NCBI GenBank assembly: GCA_028698185.1
Contig: JAQVDW010000041.1
Span: 1 to 11,734 of the forward strand
Length of the DNA: 11,734 bases
Reading direction: 5' to 3'
Source of the DNA: Erysipelotrichaceae bacterium
Lineage (GTDB): Bacteria; Bacillota_I; Bacilli_A; Erysipelotrichales; Coprobacillaceae
Shown: one piece after another, positions 1 through 7,005 of the stretch
Layout: every line of letters starts with the position of its first letter
Position numbering within the stretch: position 1 is the stretch's first letter
The notes under the pieces: model-generated
What the model was told of the DNA's origin: nothing
Seen by the model: the letters and a program-made list of their open reading frames with translations, nothing else
Database searches by the model: none
Made by a program: the position numbers and the translations under genes

Positions 1-67
1 GCTGTTGTTTATATATATATTAACGCATATTTCGATTTTTATGAATGCTCAAATTTGACATAGCAGT

Positions 68-92
68 AAAAAACACTCAAAAGAGTGTTTTT
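68..92 (-). terminator. Rho-independent terminator after PTS IIC (A/T-flanked, possibly bidirectional)
   Basis: Hairpin AAAAACACTC-aaaa-GAGTGTTTTT, with core CACTC at 74-78 pairing with GAGTG at 83-87. It overlaps the TAA stop (complement of 91-93). On the minus strand the stem is followed by TTTTTT. The GC core is short, so confidence is only moderate. Confidence 0.5.
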
Positions 93-1131
93 ATTCGACG
101 GGTTCTACAATATCTTTTTTCAAGACATACATCAGGACAACAACAGTTGCCACACCGGCAAGGACTGCAGCGATGTACATCAGGGCGTTGCCGACAACCG
201 GCAATACGATGAGTCCGCCATGAGGTGCGGCATTGGTACATCCGGCCAGTCCGGCGATAACCGCTCCAACCGAAGAACCGATCATGATTGACGGGATTAC
301 CCGTAGCGGATCTCCGGCAGCGAATGGAATTGCCCCCTCGGTTATTCCAATCAACCCCATTACCGCAGAAGCCTTTCCGGTTTCGCGTTCGGCCTCGCTG
401 AATTTTTTCTTCAATAGGATTGAAGCGATACCCATTCCAATTGGAGGTACACAGATCGCGACACCGGTCATTCCCATAACGCTTGTGTTTCCCGAAGCTA
501 CCAGGGCAGCAGCAGTTCCAAATGCAACCTTGTTTACAGGACCGCCCATGTCAAATGCGATCATGCATCCGATTGCGATCCCCAGCAGGACAACTGATCC
601 GCCAGTTAGCGATGACAACCATGATTCCAAACCGCCAACGGCGCTTCCAAGAGGTGCCGCCAGTAAATAGATGTAAATCAAGCCGACAACAACCGAACTG
701 ATGATGGGAATGATCAAGATAGGCATGATTGGTTTGATGTATCGGTGTACTTTCCATTTCTTGATCCAGTTGGCAAGATAACCGGCAGCAATACCAAGGA
801 TGATACCGCCTAAAAATCCGGTCTTAACTCCGCTTTCACCAATCGGATTATTGGCTAGATAGCCGCACACCAAGCCTGGTGCCAGGCCGGGCCGACCCGC
901 AATCGAATAGGCGATGTAACCTGCAAGAACAGGGACCATCAGACCGAATGCCGCAACCCCGATAGTCAGGATATTGTTCCAGAAGGGGTTAGTGACTTCC
1001 ATTCCGTTTGCACCTGCGGATCCTGTCGCCAAAGCGAAGGCGATGCAGATACCACCGACAGTGACCATAGGAATCATGTAAGAAACACCTGTAAGCAAAT
1101 GATTTTTCAATTCTTTAAAAAACTCTTTCAT
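91..1131 (-). CDS. PTS system fructose-family EIIC permease component (346 aa from the re-called start)
   Basis: Polytopic hydrophobic protein. The N-terminus MKEFFKELKNHLLTGVSYMIPMVTVGG and glycine-rich helices are typical of fructose-like IIC (PTS_EIIC_2). I chose the ATG at 1131 over the ORF-track start at 1173 because AAGGAG lies 6 nt upstream of it, and the upstream extension would overlap the IIB gene. Confidence 0.85.
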   Translation of the reverse strand: MKEFFKELKNHLLTGVSYMIPMVTVGGICIAFALATGSAGANGMEVTNPFWNNILTIGVAAFGLMVPVLAGYIAYSIAGRPGLAPGLVCGYLANNPIGESGVKTGFLGGIILGIAAGYLANWIKKWKVHRYIKPIMPILIIPIISSVVVGLIYIYLLAAPLGSAVGGLESWLSSLTGGSVVLLGIAIGCMIAFDMGGPVNKVAFGTAAALVASGNTSVMGMTGVAICVPPIGMGIASILLKKKFSEAERETGKASAVMGLIGITEGAIPFAAGDPLRVIPSIMIGSSVGAVIAGLAGCTNAAPHGGLIVLPVVGNALMYIAAVLAGVATVVVLMYVLKKDIVEPVE

Positions 1132-1150
1132 TTTTTTCTCCTTTACCTGT

Positions 1151-1465
1151 CTAGCTGTTTTCAACTTCCGCAATCACATCAAAGATTATCCCTTGGGTAT
1201 TCGCAATGCATTCGCCAATCGACTTGCGGATGATCTTTTTGCCTTCAAATCGCTCCATCCCTTCGATGGCGACTTCAACGGCCAACAACACGACATCGGC
1301 TTCCTTTATTTCCTTTTTTGACAGTTTATTCTCGATCCCGATTGAACCTTGGGTTTCGATGTGGCAGACATGGCCCATCTCCTTGGCTTTTTTCTCCAGG
1401 GCTTCTTGAGCCATGTAAGTATGGGCAATACCGGTAGGGCATGCAGTGACTCCGACAATTTTCAT
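1151..1465 (-). CDS. PTS system fructose-family EIIB component (104 aa)
   Basis: The N-terminal MKIVGVTACPTGIAHTYMA carries the conserved phospho-cysteine loop (ACPTGIAHT) of PTS_IIB_fructose. A GGAGGAG RBS lies immediately after the IIA stop codon. Confidence 0.88.
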   Translation of the reverse strand: MKIVGVTACPTGIAHTYMAQEALEKKAKEMGHVCHIETQGSIGIENKLSKKEIKEADVVLLAVEVAIEGMERFEGKKIIRKSIGECIANTQGIIFDVIAEVENS

Positions 1466-1477
1466 TATGTTCTCCTC

Positions 1478-1903
1478 CTATAATTGCATTAATCGCAATG
1501 CATCGTCTATTCCGCTTTCCAGCAATGATTGGCGGAAGCTTTCATCAAGCAGTTTTTTTGATAGTGAAGCTATGATCTTCATATGGGTGTCGCTGCGGTT
1601 TGCCAGCGGAACCCCGATCATGAAAATCAGTTGGACCTGGTTTTGATCCCATTGAATCGGTTCTTCTGTGCGGGCGAAAATTACAAACGGCTCCCGGACG
1701 GTGTCGCTTTGGCCGTGGGGCATGGCAATGGACATTCCCAGGGCAGTGGAAAATTCGGCTTCCCTGCGGTATATCGCTTCCGTGAACCCAGCCAGGTCGC
1801 TGATCTTTTTTTGTTTATAGGCCAGTTCAACCAATTGCGTAATGATCTCATCCTTTGATGAGGAATGGTTGTCGAGGCTGATCAATTCTTTAGTAGTCAA
1901 CAT
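1478..1903 (-). CDS. PTS system EIIA component, mannitol/fructose (EIIA_2) type (141 aa from the re-called start)
   Basis: The size and the motif GMSIAMPHGQSD, containing the phosphorylatable His, match PTS_EIIA_2. I chose the ATG at 1903, which is preceded by GAAAGGAAGAG. The ORF-track start at 1930 is a TTG with no RBS. Confidence 0.8.
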   Translation of the reverse strand: MLTTKELISLDNHSSSKDEIITQLVELAYKQKKISDLAGFTEAIYRREAEFSTALGMSIAMPHGQSDTVREPFVIFARTEEPIQWDQNQVQLIFMIGVPLANRSDTHMKIIASLSKKLLDESFRQSLLESGIDDALRLMQL

Positions 1904-1959
1904 TATCTTCTCTTCCTTTCTACACGTCAATCATAACACCTCGGAGTTTGGCCGAATAG

Positions 1960-1973
1960 TACAAGCGGTTGCA
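1960..1973 (-). promoter_or_regulatory. cre-like (CcpA) site in the PTS operon leader
   Basis: The minus-strand sequence tTGCAACCGCTTGTA matches the Bacillus cre consensus WTGNAANCGNWNNCW with one mismatch. It fits the older TGWNANCGNTNWCA consensus less well, with three mismatches. It lies 57-70 nt upstream of the IIA ATG. Confidence 0.3.
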
Positions 1974-2007
1974 ACATTTGGGAGCGCCGTTGGAATACTG
2001 GCTGCAC

Positions 2008-2027
2008 ATCGACTTGTTGAAGTCGAT
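2008..2027 (-). promoter_or_regulatory. Perfect 8-4-8 inverted repeat (operator or leader RNA hairpin)
   Basis: ATCGACTT-gttg-AAGTCGAT on the plus strand; the arms are identical on the minus strand, with loop caac. There is no U-tract after it on either strand, so it is not an intrinsic terminator. It sits inside the predicted 5' leader of the PTS operon. Confidence 0.45.
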
Positions 2028-2096
2028 TAGAACAGGTGCGAAGCCAAGACCGTGTGGTTGGATAAGGTGCAATGGAAAGAGTGCGGTCAGATCGAA

Positions 2097-2125
2097 ATTA
2101 TTTCGGAAAATACGTGCTTGGTCAA
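2097..2125 (-). promoter_or_regulatory. Sigma-A type promoter for the PTS IIA-IIB-IIC operon
   Basis: On the minus strand, TTGACC (2125-2120), a 17-nt spacer, then AATAAT (2102-2097). This predicts a transcript start near 2090 and a leader of about 185 nt. Confidence 0.5.
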
Positions 2126-2182
2126 TCGCTGCATATGATTACCAATGATGAAAGATTCCATGACCTCGACACACAATAACAT

Positions 2183-2216
2183 GAAATGAAAAACAGCCCC
2201 GATAATCATGGCTGTT
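2183..2216 (-). terminator. Rho-independent terminator after the DUF89 gene
   Basis: On the minus strand, AACAGCC-(11 nt loop)-GGCTGTT, pairing 2216-2210 with 2198-2192. It is followed by TTTCATTTCAT and lies 17 nt past the stop codon at 2233-2235. Confidence 0.6.
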
Positions 2217-2232
2217 AAACTTTTGATCCATA

Positions 2233-3111
2233 TCATTTTTTAAGGTGGCGATTGAGGTTCGCACATACGATATCGTACATTTCCAGTCCCAGCGGGTCGC
2301 CCACAAGCTCACATTTGACCATGAACAGGAAAAATATCTTCTCGGGGCAGTCAGCCATCAGCGACTCGAGATTCCCCTGGCCTTTGGAAATTATGATGTC
2401 GGCTTCATCGAACAGCTGTCGAAATGAAGGCGAGACGCGATGGTAGACTGTGCCCAAAGAAGAGTCTCCGTTGTCGATTACCTGACAGACCTGATCGAGT
2501 CCCACCTGTTTGACATCAACCATGGTGGCATCGTTGACCACTGGGAAACCGCGACAGGCGAAAGTCACCTGTAGTTGGGGAAACAGTTCCCTGATCTTTT
2601 TGATGAATATCTTGTCAAGGACGATTTCGCCGCAGTTGTCGCCTAGATAAAGCAATGATCTAGCAGCACCCAGGCGTTTGAAAAGCAGGTCGCTGTGATC
2701 GAGGGCCAGCCGGGAATTGACAATCCGGTCTATCTTTTCGCTCAGCATTTCTTTTGAGAACCTATGTTTGGCGGAAAAGTCGATCAGGTTTCCGACGATG
2801 GCGATTTTCAAGGCGGTCTCGAACTCATTATCGCCAAAAGCGATAATATCATCGATCGCATTTTCCTGTTCCATCACGAATTGGTTGTATTCCGACTTGA
2901 TGGTTTCATAGGGATCATCCAGGCATAGCGATTTGATAATCCGGGCATAAAGGTCGCCCATTACCTCAGGATTGGTCTTGTCGTTGAAATCTTGTGCCAG
3001 ATAATCGTTGGCGAATTCCAACAGTTCGTTTTCCTTTTGTGCATCCAGGTCGAGCAACCGGCTCAAAGATGATACTTGTTTCAGGTTGCATTTTTTGCAT
3101 TCTTCTTTCAA
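2233..3111 (-). CDS. DUF89 / ARMT1-like metal-dependent phosphatase (damage-control phosphatase family), 292 aa
   Basis: Family signature motifs are present: LGDNCGEIVLD (the DNxGE metal/phosphate site), VVNDAT, and SKGQGNLES (KGxxN). There is an N-terminal CKKC pair, and the length fits stand-alone prokaryotic DUF89. The start is TTG at 3111, with AAGGAG 7 nt upstream. Confidence 0.8.
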   Translation of the reverse strand: MKEECKKCNLKQVSSLSRLLDLDAQKENELLEFANDYLAQDFNDKTNPEVMGDLYARIIKSLCLDDPYETIKSEYNQFVMEQENAIDDIIAFGDNEFETALKIAIVGNLIDFSAKHRFSKEMLSEKIDRIVNSRLALDHSDLLFKRLGAARSLLYLGDNCGEIVLDKIFIKKIRELFPQLQVTFACRGFPVVNDATMVDVKQVGLDQVCQVIDNGDSSLGTVYHRVSPSFRQLFDEADIIISKGQGNLESLMADCPEKIFFLFMVKCELVGDPLGLEMYDIVCANLNRHLKK

Positions 3112-3156
3112 TGTGCTTCTCCTTTGTTTGGTTTACAGCCAAAGTAACATGAAAAG

Positions 3157-3178
3157 GCCCCCATGTCAAACAGGGGGC
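3157..3178 (-). terminator. Weak GC hairpin between the regulator gene and the DUF89 gene (possible leaky terminator)
   Basis: On the minus strand, GCCCCC-(10 nt loop)-GGGGGC followed by CTTTTCATGTT. The stem is only 6 bp, the loop is large and the U-tract is interrupted. I found no convincing promoter in the 69-nt gap, so read-through co-transcription is plausible. Confidence 0.35.
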
Positions 3179-3180
3179 GA

Positions 3181-4374
3181 TCATGATAGCAGATATCTGT
3201 ATATTTTTATTTCATAAAGAAGATTGAAGATGTTGAAGTTGTTGATTTCGATCAGGGAGTTGATCTTGTCAATCCGGTACAGGATGGTGTTTTTATGGAC
3301 GTACATGATCTTGGCCGCTGCCGCCAGGGAATTCTTGTTGTCAAGATAAACCTCCAGGGTATCGAGCAAATTGCTGTTGTGGGTGTTGTCATATTCGATG
3401 ACCGGTCTGATCTTGTTGGGATAGAGCTGCTTCAAGGTAGCGATATCGGTTGTATATAGGATCTGGAAAATACCAAGATTGCCAAAATGGCAGATATCGT
3501 GTCCGATCAGTTTCCGGTTTTTGGCGTCAATCACATTCTTGGCCTGGCTGTAGGAAACGGCCAGTTCTTCCAGTTTGAAGACATCCATTCCGATTCCAAA
3601 ATCAAGTGAAAGGCCGTCTTGGGTGAACTCAGGCAGTAGGGCCATCTGGGAATTGAAGTCGCTGGTGGCCTGTTTTTCCATCAAGAAGATGATGGTATCG
3701 CCGTGGATCATCGAGATGAAATTGAAGCCGTTGAGCAGGAAGTGGCCTCTTAGGGTCGAGTGGAAATGTTCCTTCAGTTCGATTATTGCCGTCTCGCTTA
3801 AATTGTGGTTCCGGGCATGGTGTTTCAGGTTGTTGATCTTGGCGACCATGATGCAGTGGGCCACATCGTCGGCGTAATTGAGCTGTAGGAGCCGCAGGTA
3901 GTTGTCCTGGCAATCAAAATGGGGATCGAAAAGGAGCTGGCTTAAAATGTCCGACTGTTCCTGGACCTGGAGCTGTTTCCTGGCAATCGCGGAGAATATT
4001 TCGTTGGATACATCAAGGTACTTGACCTGCCAGGGAATTGTGATGAGCGGCATATTGGCTTCCTGGAATGCCCGGATGACCGGTCCGGGAATCTCCTTGA
4101 TGTATTTGTTGACATAGACGATGACGCCGGGGATTTTGAAGTCTTCAAGCATCTCGAGAATTTCGGCAAGTTTCCCGGGCTGGTTGGCAATGTAGTGACC
4201 GAACACGAAAACCAGGACATCGTCGCGTAGCCAGGTCAGGGTTTCCTGCAGGTCGGGGAATGAATCAATCACAAAATTGAAACTTACTGCCTTGTCCAGG
4301 TTGTCGAATCCGGCAAGAACTTGGGCTTGTTTGAACGTATCGAATTTTAAGATTTCGGATAATGATATTTGCAT
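3181..4374 (-). CDS. PucR/CdaR-family transcriptional regulator (397 aa from the re-called start)
   Basis: The C-terminal LLDTLEVYLDNKNSLAAAAKIMYVHKNTILYRIDKINSLI is the PucR C-terminal helix-turn-helix (HTH_30). The length and N-terminal region are consistent with the PucR N-terminal and GGDEF-like domain architecture. I chose the ATG at 4374, with GAGGTGA 5 nt upstream, over the ORF-track start at 4425. Confidence 0.8.
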   Translation of the reverse strand: MQISLSEILKFDTFKQAQVLAGFDNLDKAVSFNFVIDSFPDLQETLTWLRDDVLVFVFGHYIANQPGKLAEILEMLEDFKIPGVIVYVNKYIKEIPGPVIRAFQEANMPLITIPWQVKYLDVSNEIFSAIARKQLQVQEQSDILSQLLFDPHFDCQDNYLRLLQLNYADDVAHCIMVAKINNLKHHARNHNLSETAIIELKEHFHSTLRGHFLLNGFNFISMIHGDTIIFLMEKQATSDFNSQMALLPEFTQDGLSLDFGIGMDVFKLEELAVSYSQAKNVIDAKNRKLIGHDICHFGNLGIFQILYTTDIATLKQLYPNKIRPVIEYDNTHNSNLLDTLEVYLDNKNSLAAAAKIMYVHKNTILYRIDKINSLIEINNFNIFNLLYEIKIYRYLLS

Positions 4375-4404
4375 GGAATCACCTCGTGGTAAAATTTTAT
4401 CATC

Positions 4405-4433
4405 ATTATAATAATAATTCAACATAAAATGAA
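4405..4433 (-). promoter_or_regulatory. Candidate promoter of the PucR-family regulator gene
   Basis: On the minus strand, TATAAT (4410-4405) with a poor -35 TTCATT 17 nt upstream. The region is very AT-rich, so alternative hexamers exist. Confidence 0.3.
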
Positions 4434-4444
4434 ATTAATGGACC

Positions 4445-4474
4445 TCGACTAAAGATAAATTGTTATGATATAAT
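4445..4474 (+). promoter_or_regulatory. Candidate mutS promoter with extended -10
   Basis: TGaTATAAT (TG at 4466-4467, TATAAT at 4469-4474) with a weak -35 TCGACT 18 nt upstream. AAGGAG at 4485-4490 lies 7 nt before the ATG at 4498. Confidence 0.45.
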
Positions 4475-4497
4475 GTCCTTATTTAAGGAGTGATGAG

Positions 4498-6996
4498 ATG
4501 AAAGAAAAGTACAGCCCGATGATGCAGCAATACCTTGACATCAAAAAAGAACACCAGGATATGGTTCTGATGTTCCGTTTGGGGGATTTTTATGAGATGT
4601 TTTTTGACGATGCGTTGGCGGTTTCCAAGGCATTGAACCTGACCCTGACCGGAAAGAATGCGGGGGTCAAGGAAAGGGTTCCGATGTGCGGCGTGCCTTT
4701 CCATTCGGCCAGCCAGTATATCCAGAAACTGATCGATCTTGGCTTCAAGGTGGCCATCGCCGAGCAGTTGAGCGAACCGGGCAAAAGCAAGATCGTGGAA
4801 CGGGGAGTCGTCCAGATAATCACGCCCGGCACCATCTTTGATGAGAATGTCGCTGCGGCTAACAACTATCTTGGCTGCTTCAAGGAATTCGATTTCAACT
4901 ATGTTCTTGCCTATTGTGACATCACTACCGGAGAACTGAAGACCGTAACCATTGAAAAAAACAGTCATTTGTTGAAGACGCAGCTCGATACAATGGCGGT
5001 AAGGGAGATAGTTGTCGAAAGTGACTGTGAACACCAGTTTGAAAAGGTGATGGTCTCCCATTTCGATGATTTCAGTCTCAATGACCAGTACCGCAAGCTG
5101 TTCGAAAATATCACCGACCTGAAACAGATCAAGGTATCGTCGTTGCTGATCAATTATCTTGTCTATTCCCAAAAGAAGGACCTCAACCACTTGCAGGCCA
5201 TCGAGGAAATAAAAAACGAAGATTATCTGATGATGGACAGCTACACACGCGATGCCCTGGAATTGGTGCGAAATGCCAACGACCATCAAAAATACGGTTC
5301 GCTGTTCTGGCTTCTAGACAAAACCAAAACCGCGATGGGATCAAGGCTGCTGAAGACTTATATCGAAAGGCCGCTGGTCAATGCGGCCAAGATTCAGCGC
5401 CGGCTCGATATCGTGAGCGCGTTCAATGACAATTTCCTGTTGCGGGCGAGCCTTAATGACCTTCTGGAAAACGTCTATGATCTCGAACGTCTGGCATCCA
5501 AGGTCGCTTTAGGGAACCTCAATGCCCGGGATCTGACATGGATAGGAAAGTCGCTCAAGGTGGTGCCTGAAATAAGACAGACGCTCAATCTTTTCAACCA
5601 AGAGGATATCGCCCAATTGGCGGGCCGGATGGTCGATATGGCGCATCTTACCGGACTGATTGACCAGGCGATTGTCACTGATCCGCCTTTGCAGATAAAA
5701 GACGGTGGCATTATCAAGGATGGTTACCACGAGGAGCTTGACGAACTGCGAAATCTGCGCGACCATGGCAATGATTGGCTGCTGGAGTATGAGGCCAGGC
5801 TGAAAAAAGAGACTGGAATCGAACGGCTGAAAATAGGTTACAACCGGGTGTTTGGCTATTATATCGAGGTGACCAAATCTAATCTCCACCTGGTAAAGGA
5901 TGAGTTTGAATTCACCCGCAAGCAGTCATTGACAAGCGGCGAGCGTTTCATCACACCCGAACTAAAGGATATGGAAGCCAAAATTTTGTCGGCCAGCGAT
6001 CGGATTGTAAAACTGGAATATGAGATTTTTGTTGCGATCCGTTCTAGATTGCTCGATGATGTCCATCTGATCCAGGACATTGCCAAAGCGATCGGTCAGG
6101 TCGATGTGCTTCTGGCGTTCTCCAATATCGCCACTTCCTCAAGATACATAAGACCGGTCTTCACCGATCTGACGTCAATGGAAATCATCGGGGGCCGCCA
6201 CGGAGTTATGGAAAAAGTCATGAAAAAACAGACCTATGTCGAAAACGACATCATTGTTGATCAGACCGCCCCGATTCTCATGATAACCGGTCCAAACATG
6301 GGCGGGAAATCGACTTACATGCGGCAGGGTGCCTTTTTGGCGATCATGGCGCAAATCGGCTGCTATGTCCCGGCCAAAAAAGCCATCCTACCGATCTTCG
6401 ACCAGATTTTCACCCGCATCGGGGCCAGTGACGATCTTCTTTCTGGTCAATCGACTTTCATGGTCGAGATGGTCGAAGCCAATAACGCCTTGCTCTACGC
6501 CACGAAGAAATCGCTGATAATCTTCGATGAAATCGGAAGGGGTACGGCGACTTTTGACGGGATGGCGATTGCCCAGGCGATGCTCGAATATATCGGCCAC
6601 AACATCAATTGCATCACATTCTTTTCCACTCATTATCATGAGCTGACCTTCCTTCAGGAAACGGGGATCGGAGTCAAGAATGTCCATGCCAGCGCGGATG
6701 TCAAGAGCGACGATATCAGCTTCGAATACCGGATCAAACCGGGGCGTTCGAACAAATCATATGGAATCAATGTGGCCAAGCTCGCCAACTTGCCAGAAGC
6801 GGTCATTGCCCGCGCCAATGTGCTTCTTGAGAGTCTCGAAGAAAACAATATCGAACACAAACTCGCCAGCCAGAGCGTCCAGATAGTCAAACAGGAAAGT
6901 GAAGTCGAGAAGCTTCTCCAGAAGATCGACGTTGACGATCTTTCCCCGCGGGATGCCTGGTCGACCCTGGCAGAGTTGAAAAAAATAATCGGATAG
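4498..6996 (+). CDS. mutS: DNA mismatch repair protein MutS (832 aa)
   Basis: The N-terminus is canonical: YSPMMQQYLDIKKEHQDMVLMFRLGDFYEMFFDDA, the mismatch-binding domain with the FYE motif. Also present are the Walker A motif GPNMGGKSTYMRQ, the Walker B region LIIFDEIGRGT, and the STHYHEL motif. Confidence 0.97.
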   Translation: MKEKYSPMMQQYLDIKKEHQDMVLMFRLGDFYEMFFDDALAVSKALNLTLTGKNAGVKERVPMCGVPFHSASQYIQKLIDLGFKVAIAEQLSEPGKSKIVERGVVQIITPGTIFDENVAAANNYLGCFKEFDFNYVLAYCDITTGELKTVTIEKNSHLLKTQLDTMAVREIVVESDCEHQFEKVMVSHFDDFSLNDQYRKLFENITDLKQIKVSSLLINYLVYSQKKDLNHLQAIEEIKNEDYLMMDSYTRDALELVRNANDHQKYGSLFWLLDKTKTAMGSRLLKTYIERPLVNAAKIQRRLDIVSAFNDNFLLRASLNDLLENVYDLERLASKVALGNLNARDLTWIGKSLKVVPEIRQTLNLFNQEDIAQLAGRMVDMAHLTGLIDQAIVTDPPLQIKDGGIIKDGYHEELDELRNLRDHGNDWLLEYEARLKKETGIERLKIGYNRVFGYYIEVTKSNLHLVKDEFEFTRKQSLTSGERFITPELKDMEAKILSASDRIVKLEYEIFVAIRSRLLDDVHLIQDIAKAIGQVDVLLAFSNIATSSRYIRPVFTDLTSMEIIGGRHGVMEKVMKKQTYVENDIIVDQTAPILMITGPNMGGKSTYMRQGAFLAIMAQIGCYVPAKKAILPIFDQIFTRIGASDDLLSGQSTFMVEMVEANNALLYATKKSLIIFDEIGRGTATFDGMAIAQAMLEYIGHNINCITFFSTHYHELTFLQETGIGVKNVHASADVKSDDISFEYRIKPGRSNKSYGINVAKLANLPEAVIARANVLLESLEENNIEHKLASQSVQIVKQESEVEKLLQKIDVDDLSPRDAWSTLAELKKIIG

Positions 6997-7005
6997 GAGG
7001 TCCTT

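Noticed and set aside
10-20. A short (TA)5 tract, plus a TTGACA hexamer at 55-60, in the AT-rich DNA at the left window edge.
   Set aside because: The tract is too short to call a microsatellite or a phase-variation tract. TTGACA has no matching -10 at 16-18 nt. The flanking gene is outside the window, so no function can be assigned.
1132-1173. N-terminal extensions in the ORF track: IIC from 1173, IIA from 1930 (TTG), regulator from 4425, rarA from 11660 (TTG).
   Set aside because: In each case a downstream ATG is preceded by a well-spaced Shine-Dalgarno sequence and starts at the conserved family N-terminus. The extensions lack an RBS, overlap the neighbouring gene, or (for rarA) start within the RBS itself.
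1902-1930. A near-consensus promoter-like match on the minus strand: TTGACG, 17 nt, GATAAT.
   Set aside because: The -10 hexamer overlaps the IIA start codon, so transcription from it would begin inside the coding sequence. The next in-frame Met is more than 50 codons downstream. This is most likely a chance match in AT/purine-rich RBS context.
2072-2179. A 35-aa plus-strand small ORF (MERVRSDRNYFGKYVLGQSLHMITNDERFHDLDTQ) and a 24-aa minus-strand small ORF (2087-2161) in the DUF89-PTS intergenic region.
   Set aside because: In both, the SD-like sequence sits only 1-2 nt from the ATG. There is no recognisable family or hydrophobic/leader-peptide character, and both overlap the predicted promoter. 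They cannot be supported without conservation or ribosome-profiling data.
3127-3135. TTTGGTTTA, which resembles the TTGGTTAA core of the B. subtilis PucR box.
   Set aside because: Only the core partly matches and the flanking consensus positions do not. The box is specific to B. subtilis PucR, not to the whole family. There is a single copy, and its orientation is ambiguous.
1-4497. The possibility that the PucR-DUF89-PTS segment is a horizontally acquired island.
   Set aside because: Spot counts of GC in several 60-nt lines of the regulator gene (about 43-52%) do not differ clearly from the housekeeping genes. There is no integrase, transposase, tRNA attachment site or flanking direct repeat in view. 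This would need a proper windowed GC/codon-usage calculation and comparison with related genomes.
4483-5289. A 268-aa ORF antisense to the 5' part of mutS. There are similar long antisense ORFs at 7165-7899 (244 aa, opposite mutL), 233-670 (opposite PTS IIC) and 9949-10347 (opposite PAP2).
   Set aside because: Each lies entirely within a confidently identified conserved gene on the other strand. None has an RBS, and the translated composition is shadow-like, rich in repetitive V, I, L, F, H and Q or R, P, Q and G. Such ORFs are expected when the sense strand avoids TTA, CTA and TCA codons.
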